NCBI GenBank assembly: GCA_044344255.1
Contig: JBIJDH010000001.1
Span: 32,001-96,000, forward strand
Direction of reading: 5' to 3'
From: Myxococcota bacterium
GTDB lineage: Bacteria > Myxococcota_A > UBA796 > UBA2385
Length of the DNA stretch: 64,000 bases
Shown: piece after piece, positions 19,057 to 28,676 of the stretch
How the letters are laid out: every line of letters begins with the position of its first letter
How positions within the stretch are numbered: the stretch's first letter is position 1
Program-made: the position numbers and the translations under genes
Notes under the pieces: model-generated
Databases searched by the model: none
What the model was told of the DNA's origin: nothing
What the model saw: the letters and a program-made list of their open reading frames with translations, nothing else

Positions 19057-20487
19057 CTACTCGGGATCGGGGATGTTCCCGCCGTACGACGAGCTGCCCC
19101 CCCCGCCGCCCCGTCGGTACCGCGGGCCGCTCGACTCGTGGCTGTGGCGATCGCGGCTGGAGATGGCGAAGGCCCCGTCCAGGCGGGCCATCGCCTCGCG
19201 GGTGGCCGGGTCACTGCGCAGGAGCTGCTCCATGTCGTACGCGAGGCGCACTGGCCCCTGGGCGGGGACGTGGCTGCCCTTCGGCAGGATGATGAGCCCA
19301 CCCTCGGAGATGAAGGGGAACCGAGCCCGGTCTGCCTCGTCGTCCCAGCCGATCACGGCCCCGGGGGCGACGCTCGTGTTCTTGTCGAAGATGACGTTGC
19401 GCACGCGCGAGCCGGCGCCGATGTCGCAGCCCGAGAGGATGACCGAGTTCTCGATCTCGGCGTCTACGTGAACAAAACAGTCGTAGCCGAGCAGCACCTC
19501 GCGCAGCGCCGCGCTCTGCACGATCGAGCCCTCGCAGACGAGGGAGTCTACGATGTCGACGGCCCGGTGGCCGCCGTGGCGCACGAAGCGCGCAGGCGGG
19601 TAGTCGCGCTGGGCGGTGCGGATGCGCCAGCGGCGATTATACAGGTTCAAGGTAGGGAGCGCGCTACGGAGCTCCATGTTGGCCTTGAAGTAGCTGTCCA
19701 CCGTCCCGACGTCGCGCCAGTAGGGGACGGCTCCCTCGGGGTCGCCCGGGATGACGTTCTGGCCGAAGTCATAGGCGAAGACCCGATCTCCGGCGGCGAT
19801 CATCGCCGGGATGATGTCCTTACCGAAGTCATGGGAAGATGTGTCGTCGGCCGCGTCCTCGTTAAGCACCCCTTGCAGCACGTGGGACTTGAAGAAATAG
19901 TTGCCCATGCTCACGAAGGCCTTGGTGGGATCACCGGGCATCGGGGCGGGGTTCTTGGGCTTCTCCTGAAATCCGATGATACGACCGTCGGGGGCACACT
20001 GGATGACGCCGAACTGGGTGGCCTCCTCGATGGGCACGGGCCAGGCGGCGATGGTCAGATCGGCGGACTGCTCGACGTGGAAGGTCTCCATCTGGTCGAC
20101 GGAGAACTTGTAGATGTGGTCCCCGCCGAAGACCGCGACGTGCTCGGCCCGCGCGTCGCGCACGAGGTTGAGGTTCTGGTAGACAGAGTCGGCGGTGCCT
20201 CGGTACCAGTGATCTCCGGTGCGCATCTGCGCCGGCACGATCTCGATGAACTCGCCCGGCCCGGAGAGGTGCCAGTTCCGGTTAAGGTGCTTGATCAGGC
20301 TCGACGCCATGTACTGCGTGAGCAGGAACACCCGTCGGTAGCCGGAGTTCACCACGTTGGACAGGACGAAGTCGATGATTCGATACCGACCGCCGAAGGG
20401 CATGGCCGGCTTACAACGATGACCGGTCAGCGCGCTTAGCCGCGAGCCCTTGCCGCCGGCCATGATCATCACCAGGGTGCCGCTCAT
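19057..20487 (-). CDS. glgC: Glucose-1-phosphate adenylyltransferase
   Basis: MAGGKGSRL, KPAMPFGGRYRIIDF, WYRGTADSVYQN, GGDHIY, EKP, SMGNY, DFGKDIIP, YWRDVGT; GGAGG RBS. Confidence 0.97.
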   Translation of the reverse strand: MSGTLVMIMAGGKGSRLSALTGHRCKPAMPFGGRYRIIDFVLSNVVNSGYRRVFLLTQYMASSLIKHLNRNWHLSGPGEFIEIVPAQMRTGDHWYRGTADSVYQNLNLVRDARAEHVAVFGGDHIYKFSVDQMETFHVEQSADLTIAAWPVPIEEATQFGVIQCAPDGRIIGFQEKPKNPAPMPGDPTKAFVSMGNYFFKSHVLQGVLNEDAADDTSSHDFGKDIIPAMIAAGDRVFAYDFGQNVIPGDPEGAVPYWRDVGTVDSYFKANMELRSALPTLNLYNRRWRIRTAQRDYPPARFVRHGGHRAVDIVDSLVCEGSIVQSAALREVLLGYDCFVHVDAEIENSVILSGCDIGAGSRVRNVIFDKNTSVAPGAVIGWDDEADRARFPFISEGGLIILPKGSHVPAQGPVRLAYDMEQLLRSDPATREAMARLDGAFAISSRDRHSHESSGPRYRRGGGGGSSSYGGNIPDPE

Positions 20488-20587
20488 GGGATGCCTCCGA
20501 GCTGCGCATGCTACCTGAAAGGTGGCTCCCGCGCCGCGCCCCGCGGCCGATCGCCGACACGAAGGCGGCCGGCCACCGAAGATCGCC

Positions 20588-22447
20588 CTACTCGGGAGAC
20601 ACCGCCGTGTTCGCCTCGAGGATGCTGAATTCCACCCGGCGGTTGAGGGCGCGGTGCTCCTCGCTGTCGTTCGGCTCGACGGGGCGGGACTCGCCGTAGC
20701 CCACCGGCACGAGGCGCTCGCCGTCCACGCCCTTGGCGACGAGGTAGCCGACCACCGCGTCCATCCGGCGCTGCGAAAGCGCGAGGTTGAAGTCGTCCGG
20801 GCCCTGGTCGTCGCTGTGGCCGCCGATCTCCACCTTGCGGATGCCCACATTGTCGCGGAGGAGCTGCGCCACATCATCCAAGACGTCGAGGCTCTCGCCC
20901 TTGATCGAGGTCTCCCCGGACTCGAAGTACACGGCCTCGGTGATCACGATGCGCCGGGCCTCCACTCGGGCCTGCAGCGGCTCGAGCACGACGTCCTGGT
21001 CGCGGCGCTCCCCCGCGCCGAGCTCGAGCGTGACGGCCTGATCGCGGTAGCCGGGGGCCCGCAGGCGGAGGCTGTGCGACCCGCCGCCGACCGGCAGCTC
21101 CACGCCCGGAGACGGGTGGCGGGCGGCGCAGGCGGGGTCGGGCGAGCTCCACTCAATCTCCACCCCGGCCACCAGGGCGCCCTCGGGATCGACCACCCGC
21201 AGCCGTACGCGGGCGTCGAGGGCGGGCTGGAGGGGCAGGCTCAGCGTGTTCTCACCCGGCTGGATGTCGAGTGCCCCCTCGGCCGAGCGGCAGCCGAGGC
21301 GGGCGGAGGCGGTCCACCGGGAGCCGGGGCGCGGGTTGATCACCACCGGCTCCGAGCCCTGCTGCTGCTCCACCTTGCGGCCGTTGCCCTCGGCGAGGAT
21401 CGCGGCGCCATCTGCGATCTCGCCGTCGAGCGTCGCCTGGAGGCGCAGCTTGGCGGTGTCGGGACAGCCGTCCTCGTCCTGGTAGCCGTTCTTGGTCTCC
21501 CCCTTGTCGGGGCAGCGGTCTCGGGCGTCGGGGACGCCGTCACCGTCACGATCGCGCCCCATGTCGCCCACGGTGCCGAAGCCCACCCCCACAAAGACAC
21601 GGTAGGCCGCCGCAGAGGCCGCCCCGTTCATCGGGAAGCCCGCCCCGAGGAGGGCCAGCACCCCGCGCTCGGCCCGATAGCGGAGGCTGAGGATGCCCTC
21701 CCCCGGCGAGTCCCCCAGGGTGCGGTCGCTGAAGGGCGTGTCGAGCATCGCCTCGAGGTTGACCGCGAGGTCGGGCCGCAGCCCGTAGCCGACCTGGAGG
21801 CCGAGCTGGAGCTCATCGGCGCCCGGGTAGGCGGCGGAGCGGGTGGCCGGCCGGAGGTAGGCGCCGAGGTTGGCGGAGGCCTCGAGCTTCTCGCCGGTCC
21901 AGCCGCCGACGAGACGCCCGCCGCCCGCCACCCGGCCGTTGCCGAGGTAGCGGCTGGCGTCGCCGGTCGGCAGGTCGAAGAAGGGCACGACGCCGAAGCG
22001 CAGCCCACCCTCGCCCTTCGGCTCGACGAGCTGCACCCCCGCCCCGAGTCGGAGGTCGCCGAGGCCAGCCCCCGCGGTGGCGAGGCCCGATGAGCTCAGG
22101 AACACCGGGAGGCCGAGGTCGAGGCGGACCCGTCCATGGGGCATCCACCCCGCCGATGTGTTGAGCACCAGCAGATCATCGACGAGGACCTCGCGCGCCG
22201 ACTCCTCGCCGGCTGCGTTCTGCCAGACCGAGACGAGGGGCGACTTCGCATACTCGAGCACGCCGCCCACGAAGGCGTCGTTCCGCTCCCAGTCGGCCAG
22301 GCGGTCGACGGCGAGGCCGCCGCGGGGATCGTCGGTGAGGGGGGCGAGTCGAAAGCCGTGCGCGTCGAAGCCCGCCTCCTCGGCCTGGGCGAGGCCGGGC
22401 AGCAGCAGCAGGAGGGCGACGGCGCGGAGGCCGGGGGCCGAGCTCAT
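20588..22447 (-). CDS. OmpA-family outer membrane protein (N-terminal beta-barrel, TSP3-like repeat, OmpA C-domain); TraB-like architecture
   Basis: Signal peptide; amphipathic beta strands; DRDGDGVPDARDRCPD...DEDGCPD; GHSDDQG..NLALSQRR..GYGESRP..NRRVEF. Confidence 0.9.
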   Translation of the reverse strand: MSSAPGLRAVALLLLLPGLAQAEEAGFDAHGFRLAPLTDDPRGGLAVDRLADWERNDAFVGGVLEYAKSPLVSVWQNAAGEESAREVLVDDLLVLNTSAGWMPHGRVRLDLGLPVFLSSSGLATAGAGLGDLRLGAGVQLVEPKGEGGLRFGVVPFFDLPTGDASRYLGNGRVAGGGRLVGGWTGEKLEASANLGAYLRPATRSAAYPGADELQLGLQVGYGLRPDLAVNLEAMLDTPFSDRTLGDSPGEGILSLRYRAERGVLALLGAGFPMNGAASAAAYRVFVGVGFGTVGDMGRDRDGDGVPDARDRCPDKGETKNGYQDEDGCPDTAKLRLQATLDGEIADGAAILAEGNGRKVEQQQGSEPVVINPRPGSRWTASARLGCRSAEGALDIQPGENTLSLPLQPALDARVRLRVVDPEGALVAGVEIEWSSPDPACAARHPSPGVELPVGGGSHSLRLRAPGYRDQAVTLELGAGERRDQDVVLEPLQARVEARRIVITEAVYFESGETSIKGESLDVLDDVAQLLRDNVGIRKVEIGGHSDDQGPDDFNLALSQRRMDAVVGYLVAKGVDGERLVPVGYGESRPVEPNDSEEHRALNRRVEFSILEANTAVSPE

Positions 22448-22481
22448 CTCGAGTCCTCTCTTCATCAGGGGCACGCCCAGC

Positions 22482-25400
22482 TCAAACCGACCCGGCCGGG
22501 GCCCGGCGTCGCCGGAGCCCGATGGCCGCGACCAGGGCCAGCGCGGCGAGCCCACGGGCGCCGAGGGGCCCCGACGCCAGGGTGGGCACGGCGCTGCAGC
22601 CCCCCTTCAGCTCTTGAGAGGCGCGGTCGTCCAGCGCCTTCCAGGGGTTCGTCCCGTCCGCGACCTCCTCGCCGTCGGTTGCGCCGCCGCCGTCGGTGTC
22701 CGGGTCATTCGGATCGGTGCCCAGCGCCGCCTCCTCGAGGTCGGAGAGGCCGTCGCCGTCCGAGTCCAGGCCCACATCATCGCCGACGCCGTCACAGTCG
22801 TTGTCCTGACCATCCTCGAGCTCCGCCGCCCCCGGAAACACCGTGTCGTCCTGGTCATTGCAGTCGCCATCGGGATCGGTGGCCGAGCCCTCTCCCCCAT
22901 CGACACAGTCGAGGTCCGTCGACTCCACCGTGCCGGTCCCGTCGGCGCGATAACCGTCGCCGTCCTCATCGAGGAAGCAGACCTCACCCCCGTCGCAGTC
23001 CTGGTCTCGACCGTCGTCGACCACCTCGTCGGCGCCGGGGTGGACGTCGGGGTCGGAGTCATTACAGTCGCCGCGCGGCACGCCCGCGGCCGCCTCGTCG
23101 TCGTCGACACAGTCGGCGTCGAAGGAGGTGACAGTGGTATCGACCCGCCAGAGATCGCCGTCGCCGTCGCGATAACAGAGCTCGCCGCCGTCACAGTCCT
23201 GATCGATCTCGTCACCGACAAGCTCGGTGGCGCCGGGGTGGACATCGGCGTCGGCGTCGTCGCAGTCGCCGCCCTCGACGTCGGTTAGGGCCTCGCCAGG
23301 GTCGGTGCAGTCGCCGTCCGCCGAGGGGATGAAGGTGTCGTTGCGGTAGCCGTCTCCATCCGCCTCGCCGTAACAAGCCTCGCTGCCGTCACAGTCCTGA
23401 TCGATCCCATCCCCCACCACCTCGGTGGCGCCGGGGTGCACGGCGGGGTCCCCGTCATCGCAGTCGCCGTTCGAATCGGAGGCGCGGCCCTCTCCGCTGT
23501 CGCTACAGTCCTCGTCGAGGGAGGGGAGCGTGCTGTCCAGACGCCAGGAGTCATTGTCGAAGTCAACGTAACAGAGCTCGCCTCCGTCACAGTCCTCATC
23601 GATCTCGTCGCCCTCGATCTCGAGGGCCCCGGGATAGACCGCGCCGTCGGCGTCGTCACAGTCATCCGCGGGATCGGCAGAGAGGGCCTCGCCGGAGTCA
23701 CTGCAATCCGCATCGGTGGAGACCATCGTGGCCGAGACCCGGTAGCCGTCATCGTCGCCGTCCCGGTAACAGAGCTCGCCGCCGTCGCAGTCCTCATCGA
23801 CGGCGTCACCGGGGATCTCCACGGCGTAGGGGTGGACGGTGGCGTTGGTGTCGTCACAGTCGCCGGAGGGCTCGCTCCCCCGCGCCTCCCCCGAGTCGCT
23901 GCAGTCGCTGTCCGACGAGGAGACGGTCGAGGTGATCCGATAGCCGTCATCGTCGGCGTCGGCGTAGCAGGTCTCCTTGCCGTCGCAATTCTGGTCGAAG
24001 CCGTCGCCCGTGGTCTCGGTGGCGCCGGGGTTGACGGTGGCGTCGTTGTCGTCGCAGTCCCCGGAGGGGTCGGCGCTCGTGGCCTCGCCGGAGTCGGTGC
24101 AGTCCGTGTCGGTGGAGGTGCGCCAGGTCGAGACGCGGTAGCCGTCATTGTCGGCGTCGGTGTAACAGGTCTCCTTACCGTCACAATTCTGATCGACGCC
24201 GTCCCCCACCGTCTCGGTGGCGCCGCTGTAGATTGTGGCGTCGCTGTCATCACAGTCATCGCTGCCGCAGTAGCCGTCTCCGTCGGCGTCGGCGCAGCCG
24301 CTGAACACATAGACGGCGCCCGCGTTGCTGCTCACGCCATAGGCGCCCACCGCCACGTCGTCGTAGCCGTCTCCGTCGGCGTCGCCGAGGCCGTCGCACG
24401 ACGCGCCGAGGAAGCCCGAGCCGGAGATGGTGGTCATGTCGGCGCTGCTCAGGCCGGAGGCCGAGCCCGACAGGACGTAGGCCTCGTTCACCCCCGAAGA
24501 GCCGGCGATGATGTCGGCGTAGCCGTCCTGATCGACGTCTCCTGCGTCCCCGAGGCAGGTGCCGAGCTCGGTCGCCGAAGCGCCCGAGTAGCTCACCGCG
24601 GCTGCGCTCTGGATGCCGGCGCTGCTCCCATGGTACACCGCGAAGTAGCCGGCGTTCGCACCATAATCGGGAGCCGCGGCCAGGATGTCGTCGTAGCCGT
24701 CCCCGTTCACGTCGCCGGCCGGAGAGACCACCGCCCCGAAGTTGCTGGCCGCCTCCGGCGAGCTGAGGCGGACGGCCGCGGTGGTGCTGAGGCCCGAGGC
24801 GCTGCCGTGAAAGAGCGAGACCCGCCCCGCCTGCGCGCTGTAGTCGCCGTTGCCGACCACGAGGTCGTCGTAGCCGTCCCCGTTGACGTCACCGGCGCCC
24901 ATCGCCGCGCAGAGCGGGCCCGACGTGAGCGTGAAAGAGGCGTGCACCGAGGTGCTCACCCCGGTGGCGGTGCCGAGGTAGGCGCGCGCGTAGGCGCCCT
25001 GGCAGATCCCCAGCACCACGTCGCCGCGACCGTCGCCGTTGACGTCACCGGCGTGCCCGACCGAGTAGATCCAGGACGTGGCCGTCAGGGTGGTGGTGGC
25101 CGTCGTGGAGACGCCGCTGGCGCTCCCGAGATAGACATAGGCCGTATAGGGGCTGGCGTTGCTGGTGCCGACGATGACGTCGTCGTATCCGTCATTGTCG
25201 ACGTCTCCCGCCGTATCGACGGAGTAGCCGAACCAAGCCGCGGTGTGCGAGGCCGACAGGGTGGTGGCCGCCGAGGTGCCCACCCCGCTGGCGCTCCCAT
25301 GATAGACCCAGGCCCGACCGTTCTGGGAGCCGTACATGAACGACCCGACGATGAGGTCGCCGTAGCCGTCGTTGTTGACGTCACCTGCCCCCGCGAGTGA

Positions 25401-26291
25401 GATGCCGAGCCAGGCCCCGGCGCTGCCGCTGATGGTGGTGGTCGGGGAGCTGTAGAGGGGATCAACCTCAACCGGATAGACCGCGCCCGCGTCGTCGACC
25501 ACGACGCGCAGCGTGTCGCCCTCCGCCTCGAAGTGGATCGGCAAGGGCGCACCCCGGGCGTCCCAGGCGGAGAGGTCACCCACGTCGAGGAGGGCGCCCC
25601 CGGCGCCGAGCAGGCTCGCCCGCTGGCCGGCCTCTTCCAACTCAAAGGTCCCGCCAGGCGCCCGCGTGTCGAAGCGCAGCGGACCCGACCCCGCGGGGGG
25701 CTCTTCCACCGTCCAGCCCTGCTGGAGCCCGGTGTCGTGACCGCCCCACCAGGCGATGAGGCCGTCCTGCGCGTACTCGAGGCGGCGGACGCAGTCGCCC
25801 GACGGATCGAGGGCTGGGCCGAGGCAGGCCCCGAGGGCGGGCGTGGCGGCGGGCAGGGCGATCGCGCGGTCGAGCCGGCCCCAGGCGACGAGCTCGAGGT
25901 CGAGCGCCTCGTCGTCTACAGACAGCGTGGGCCCGCGCCCGCCGAAGCGCGCCGCCAGCCCCGCGGCGGGGAGGCTCACCCGGGCCACCCCATCCAACAC
26001 CTCGATGGCGCTCCGCCCCGCGCTCACCCGCTGGAGGAGCTCCGCCCGCCACACCGCAGCGCTGGAGGGGGCCTGGAGGGAGGCCGGCGCCGGGGCCCCT
26101 TCGCCGAGGTGCGCGGTGTCGTCGCCCTCTCCCGCCCCGCCTGGCGCCCCGCAGCCCGCGAGCAGCGAAGCGCCGACCCACAACAGCAGGCCGCCGGGCC
26201 TCACGCGCCCCTCCCCGGCGAGGCGACAACCGGCGGAGGCGCGCCGGGAGCGGGGCGGGAGGTCGGTCACCGGGCGTCCACTCGCGGTCAT
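22482..26291 (-). CDS. Large surface protein: N-domain, 7 FG-GAP (integrin-alpha-like) repeats, 8 DCDD..PGA.E..DG.D.DCDG Cys/Asp repeats, MYXO-CTERM-like anchor
   Basis: GGAGG RBS; lipobox-like LAGC; seven GDVxxDGxxD motifs; C-terminus KGGCS...LAALALVAAIGLRRRR. Confidence 0.92.
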   Translation of the reverse strand: MTASGRPVTDLPPRSRRASAGCRLAGEGRVRPGGLLLWVGASLLAGCGAPGGAGEGDDTAHLGEGAPAPASLQAPSSAAVWRAELLQRVSAGRSAIEVLDGVARVSLPAAGLAARFGGRGPTLSVDDEALDLELVAWGRLDRAIALPAATPALGACLGPALDPSGDCVRRLEYAQDGLIAWWGGHDTGLQQGWTVEEPPAGSGPLRFDTRAPGGTFELEEAGQRASLLGAGGALLDVGDLSAWDARGAPLPIHFEAEGDTLRVVVDDAGAVYPVEVDPLYSSPTTTISGSAGAWLGISLAGAGDVNNDGYGDLIVGSFMYGSQNGRAWVYHGSASGVGTSAATTLSASHTAAWFGYSVDTAGDVDNDGYDDVIVGTSNASPYTAYVYLGSASGVSTTATTTLTATSWIYSVGHAGDVNGDGRGDVVLGICQGAYARAYLGTATGVSTSVHASFTLTSGPLCAAMGAGDVNGDGYDDLVVGNGDYSAQAGRVSLFHGSASGLSTTAAVRLSSPEAASNFGAVVSPAGDVNGDGYDDILAAAPDYGANAGYFAVYHGSSAGIQSAAAVSYSGASATELGTCLGDAGDVDQDGYADIIAGSSGVNEAYVLSGSASGLSSADMTTISGSGFLGASCDGLGDADGDGYDDVAVGAYGVSSNAGAVYVFSGCADADGDGYCGSDDCDDSDATIYSGATETVGDGVDQNCDGKETCYTDADNDGYRVSTWRTSTDTDCTDSGEATSADPSGDCDDNDATVNPGATETTGDGFDQNCDGKETCYADADDDGYRITSTVSSSDSDCSDSGEARGSEPSGDCDDTNATVHPYAVEIPGDAVDEDCDGGELCYRDGDDDGYRVSATMVSTDADCSDSGEALSADPADDCDDADGAVYPGALEIEGDEIDEDCDGGELCYVDFDNDSWRLDSTLPSLDEDCSDSGEGRASDSNGDCDDGDPAVHPGATEVVGDGIDQDCDGSEACYGEADGDGYRNDTFIPSADGDCTDPGEALTDVEGGDCDDADADVHPGATELVGDEIDQDCDGGELCYRDGDGDLWRVDTTVTSFDADCVDDDEAAAGVPRGDCNDSDPDVHPGADEVVDDGRDQDCDGGEVCFLDEDGDGYRADGTGTVESTDLDCVDGGEGSATDPDGDCNDQDDTVFPGAAELEDGQDNDCDGVGDDVGLDSDGDGLSDLEEAALGTDPNDPDTDGGGATDGEEVADGTNPWKALDDRASQELKGGCSAVPTLASGPLGARGLAALALVAAIGLRRRRAPAGSV

Positions 26292-26369
26292 GCTTCTGCT
26301 CCTCCCGACACAAGGGTGGATCCGTAAGGCGGCGCGGGCGGGATGTCGACGGATCGGGTAACCGCGCCG

Positions 26370-27254
26370 ATGCCACCGATGAACGCCTCAACTGTCGCCG
26401 GGGTGCTGCTCGGCCTCCTGGCCAGCGCCGCGTGGGGCTTCGCCAACATCGTGATCAGCCAGACCGCGCGCGCCCAGGGGCCGGTGCTGCCCCTGCTCTG
26501 GGGGCAGGCCTTCGGCTTCGTGCTGCTCGGGCTCGCCTCGCTCCGCTGGCCGGCCACGGGGCCCTTTGAGGCCTGGGGCTGGCTGCTGCTGGCCGGCGTC
26601 TCCTGCGCGGTCGCCTACACGGGCATGTTCCGGGCCTTCGCCGGAGGGCCGGTCTCGGTGGCGAGCCCGATCATCGCCGGCTGGGCGGCGGTGAGCGCGC
26701 TGCTCGGCGTCGTCCTCTTCGACGAGTCGATGCCCCCGCTCCGCCTGCTCGGGGGCGCCCTCGCGGTGGGCGGCGTCGTGCTCATCGCCAGCCGGTCCGG
26801 CGGGCCCTCGAACCCCGGTGACTGGCGCGCCAGCCGGGCCGACGTCCTGCTCTCCGCCGCCGCCAGCGCCCTCGGCTTTGGCCTCGCCGTGACCGCCACC
26901 CGCCCGCTCGCCGAGAGCCTCGGCCCCATCCTGTCGATCGCCGCGATGTGGCTCGTCCAGTGGGTCTTTGTGGTGCCCTACGCTGCCAGCCGCCCCGAGC
27001 GGCGCGTGTGGCCGGGGGCCCGAGCGCTGCCCCTGATCCTGCTCTTCGGGCTGCTCGAGACGGTGGGCTTCATCGCCGTCACCCTCGGCGCACAGGTCTC
27101 TCCGCTCTCGGTGGTCTCCCCGGCCGCGAGCCTGGGCTCGCTGTTCAGCGTGCTGCTCGGGCGGCTCCTGCTCGGGGAGCTCGTCGCGCCCGCGCTCTAC
27201 GGGTGGAGCATCGTGGTCGTCTCGGGTGTCATCCTCCTGGGGATCTCCGGATAG
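26370..27254 (+). CDS. EamA/DMT-family transporter
   Basis: About 10 hydrophobic helices in two repeats; GPVSVASPI, LFDE, PLSVVSP, LLGE. Start could be 26343, 26370 or 26379. Confidence 0.9.
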   Translation: MPPMNASTVAGVLLGLLASAAWGFANIVISQTARAQGPVLPLLWGQAFGFVLLGLASLRWPATGPFEAWGWLLLAGVSCAVAYTGMFRAFAGGPVSVASPIIAGWAAVSALLGVVLFDESMPPLRLLGGALAVGGVVLIASRSGGPSNPGDWRASRADVLLSAAASALGFGLAVTATRPLAESLGPILSIAAMWLVQWVFVVPYAASRPERRVWPGARALPLILLFGLLETVGFIAVTLGAQVSPLSVVSPAASLGSLFSVLLGRLLLGELVAPALYGWSIVVVSGVILLGISG

Positions 27255-27287
27255 ACCCAGACACCGTCGTCCCCGGGAGAGGTGTCC

Positions 27288-28673
27288 ATGCCGCGCGCCC
27301 CCGATCCCGCCTGGGTCGCCACCACCCGCTTCGGCCTCGGGGCCCGCGGCGGCGAGCTCCGCGCCGCGCGGGCCGATCCCCGCGGCTGGCTGCTCGCCCA
27401 GCTCGACCAGAGCGCCGATGAGGCGGGCCTCAGCACCCTGTCCGGCACCCGCGATCTCCTCGTCCAGGTGGGGGATGTGCGACGCGAGGCTGACCCCGAC
27501 ACCGCGCGCCGCGAGGCCCGCCAGGCCGCGGCCGCCGTGCTCCAGGCCGAGGCCGAGGCCCGGATGCGGGTGGCCGGCACCACCACCACCCCCTTCCGCG
27601 AGCGCTGGCTGCGCTTCTGGTCGAACCACTTCACGGTCTCGGCGCAGCGGCTGCTGGTCACCGCCTTCTCCGGCGCCTTCGAGCGAGAGGCCATCCGCCC
27701 CGCCGTGCTCGGCGCCTTCTCCGAGCTCCTGCTCAGCGTCTGTCGGCACCCGGCGATGCTCGTCTACCTCGACAATTCGAGCTCGATCGGCCCTCACTCC
27801 GAGGCCGGCCTCCGGCGGGGCAAGGGGCTCAACGAGAACCTCGCCCGCGAGATCTTGGAGCTGCACACCCTCGGGGTCAACGGCGGCTACAGCCAGGCCG
27901 ACGTGATCGCGCTGGCGCAGATCCTCACCGGCTGGGGGGTCGTGCGCCGCCCCGACAAAGACCAGGGCCGGGTCGGGCCCTTCGTCTTCAACCGCGACCG
28001 CCACGAGCCGGGCACCAAGCGCCTGCTCGGCCGCGACTATGTCGAGCAGGGCGAGCTCGAGGGCCGGGCCGCCCTGCGAGACCTCGCCGCCCACCCGAGC
28101 ACCGCCCGCTTCATCGCCACCAAGCTCTGCCGGCACTTCGTCCATGACACGCCGCCCGAGGCCGCGGTCGCCACGCTGGAGCGCCGCTTCCTCGACACGG
28201 GGGGCGACCTCCGCGAGCTCGCGGTGGCCGTGGTCGGCCTGGAGGCGGCCTGGACCCGCGGCGGCAGCAAGGTCAAGACCCCCGACGAGCTCTTGATCTC
28301 CACCGCGCGCGCGCTCCAGCTCGGCGGCGGCGAGACGGGGTCGAGCGGCCGCTGGGGCGAGCGCGACTGGGCCGCCACGGCGGTGACCGAGTGCGCCGCC
28401 CTCGGGCAAGCCGCCTTCCAGGCCCCCTCCCCCGCCGGCTGGTCCGAGCTCGCCCGCGACTGGGCCGGGCCGGGGCAGGTGCTCCGCCGGGTCGAGCTGG
28501 CCGAGGCCGTCGGTCGGCAGGCCCGGGCGCGGGTCACCGACCCCCTGAGGTGGGCGGGCGAGGTGCTGGGCGCCGAGCTCGAGGGCCCCCTCACCGAGGC
28601 CGTCCGCGGCGCCCCCGACACCGCCGCCGCCATCACCTACGTCCTCGCCAGCCCTGCCTTCCAGCGGAGGTGA
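27288..28673 (+). CDS. DUF1800-family protein
   Basis: RFGLG, ERWLRFWSNHFTVS, HPAMLVYLDN, GLNENLAREILELHTLG, HPSTARFIATKL, SPAFQRR. Confidence 0.95.
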   Translation: MPRAPDPAWVATTRFGLGARGGELRAARADPRGWLLAQLDQSADEAGLSTLSGTRDLLVQVGDVRREADPDTARREARQAAAAVLQAEAEARMRVAGTTTTPFRERWLRFWSNHFTVSAQRLLVTAFSGAFEREAIRPAVLGAFSELLLSVCRHPAMLVYLDNSSSIGPHSEAGLRRGKGLNENLAREILELHTLGVNGGYSQADVIALAQILTGWGVVRRPDKDQGRVGPFVFNRDRHEPGTKRLLGRDYVEQGELEGRAALRDLAAHPSTARFIATKLCRHFVHDTPPEAAVATLERRFLDTGGDLRELAVAVVGLEAAWTRGGSKVKTPDELLISTARALQLGGGETGSSGRWGERDWAATAVTECAALGQAAFQAPSPAGWSELARDWAGPGQVLRRVELAEAVGRQARARVTDPLRWAGEVLGAELEGPLTEAVRGAPDTAAAITYVLASPAFQRR

Positions 28674-28676
28674 CCC

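Noticed and set aside
22700..24300. Periodic DNA repeats as a CRISPR array (also 33000-34650 and 9574-9627)
   Set aside because: These are degenerate protein-coding repeats or direct tandem units without unique spacers, and there are no cas genes.
28671..28673. Selenocysteine read-through fusing DUF1800 to DUF1501
   Set aside because: The TGA follows the family's normal C-terminus (SPAFQRR), there is no redox-motif context or SECIS-like hairpin, and the downstream gene has its own SD and signal peptide.
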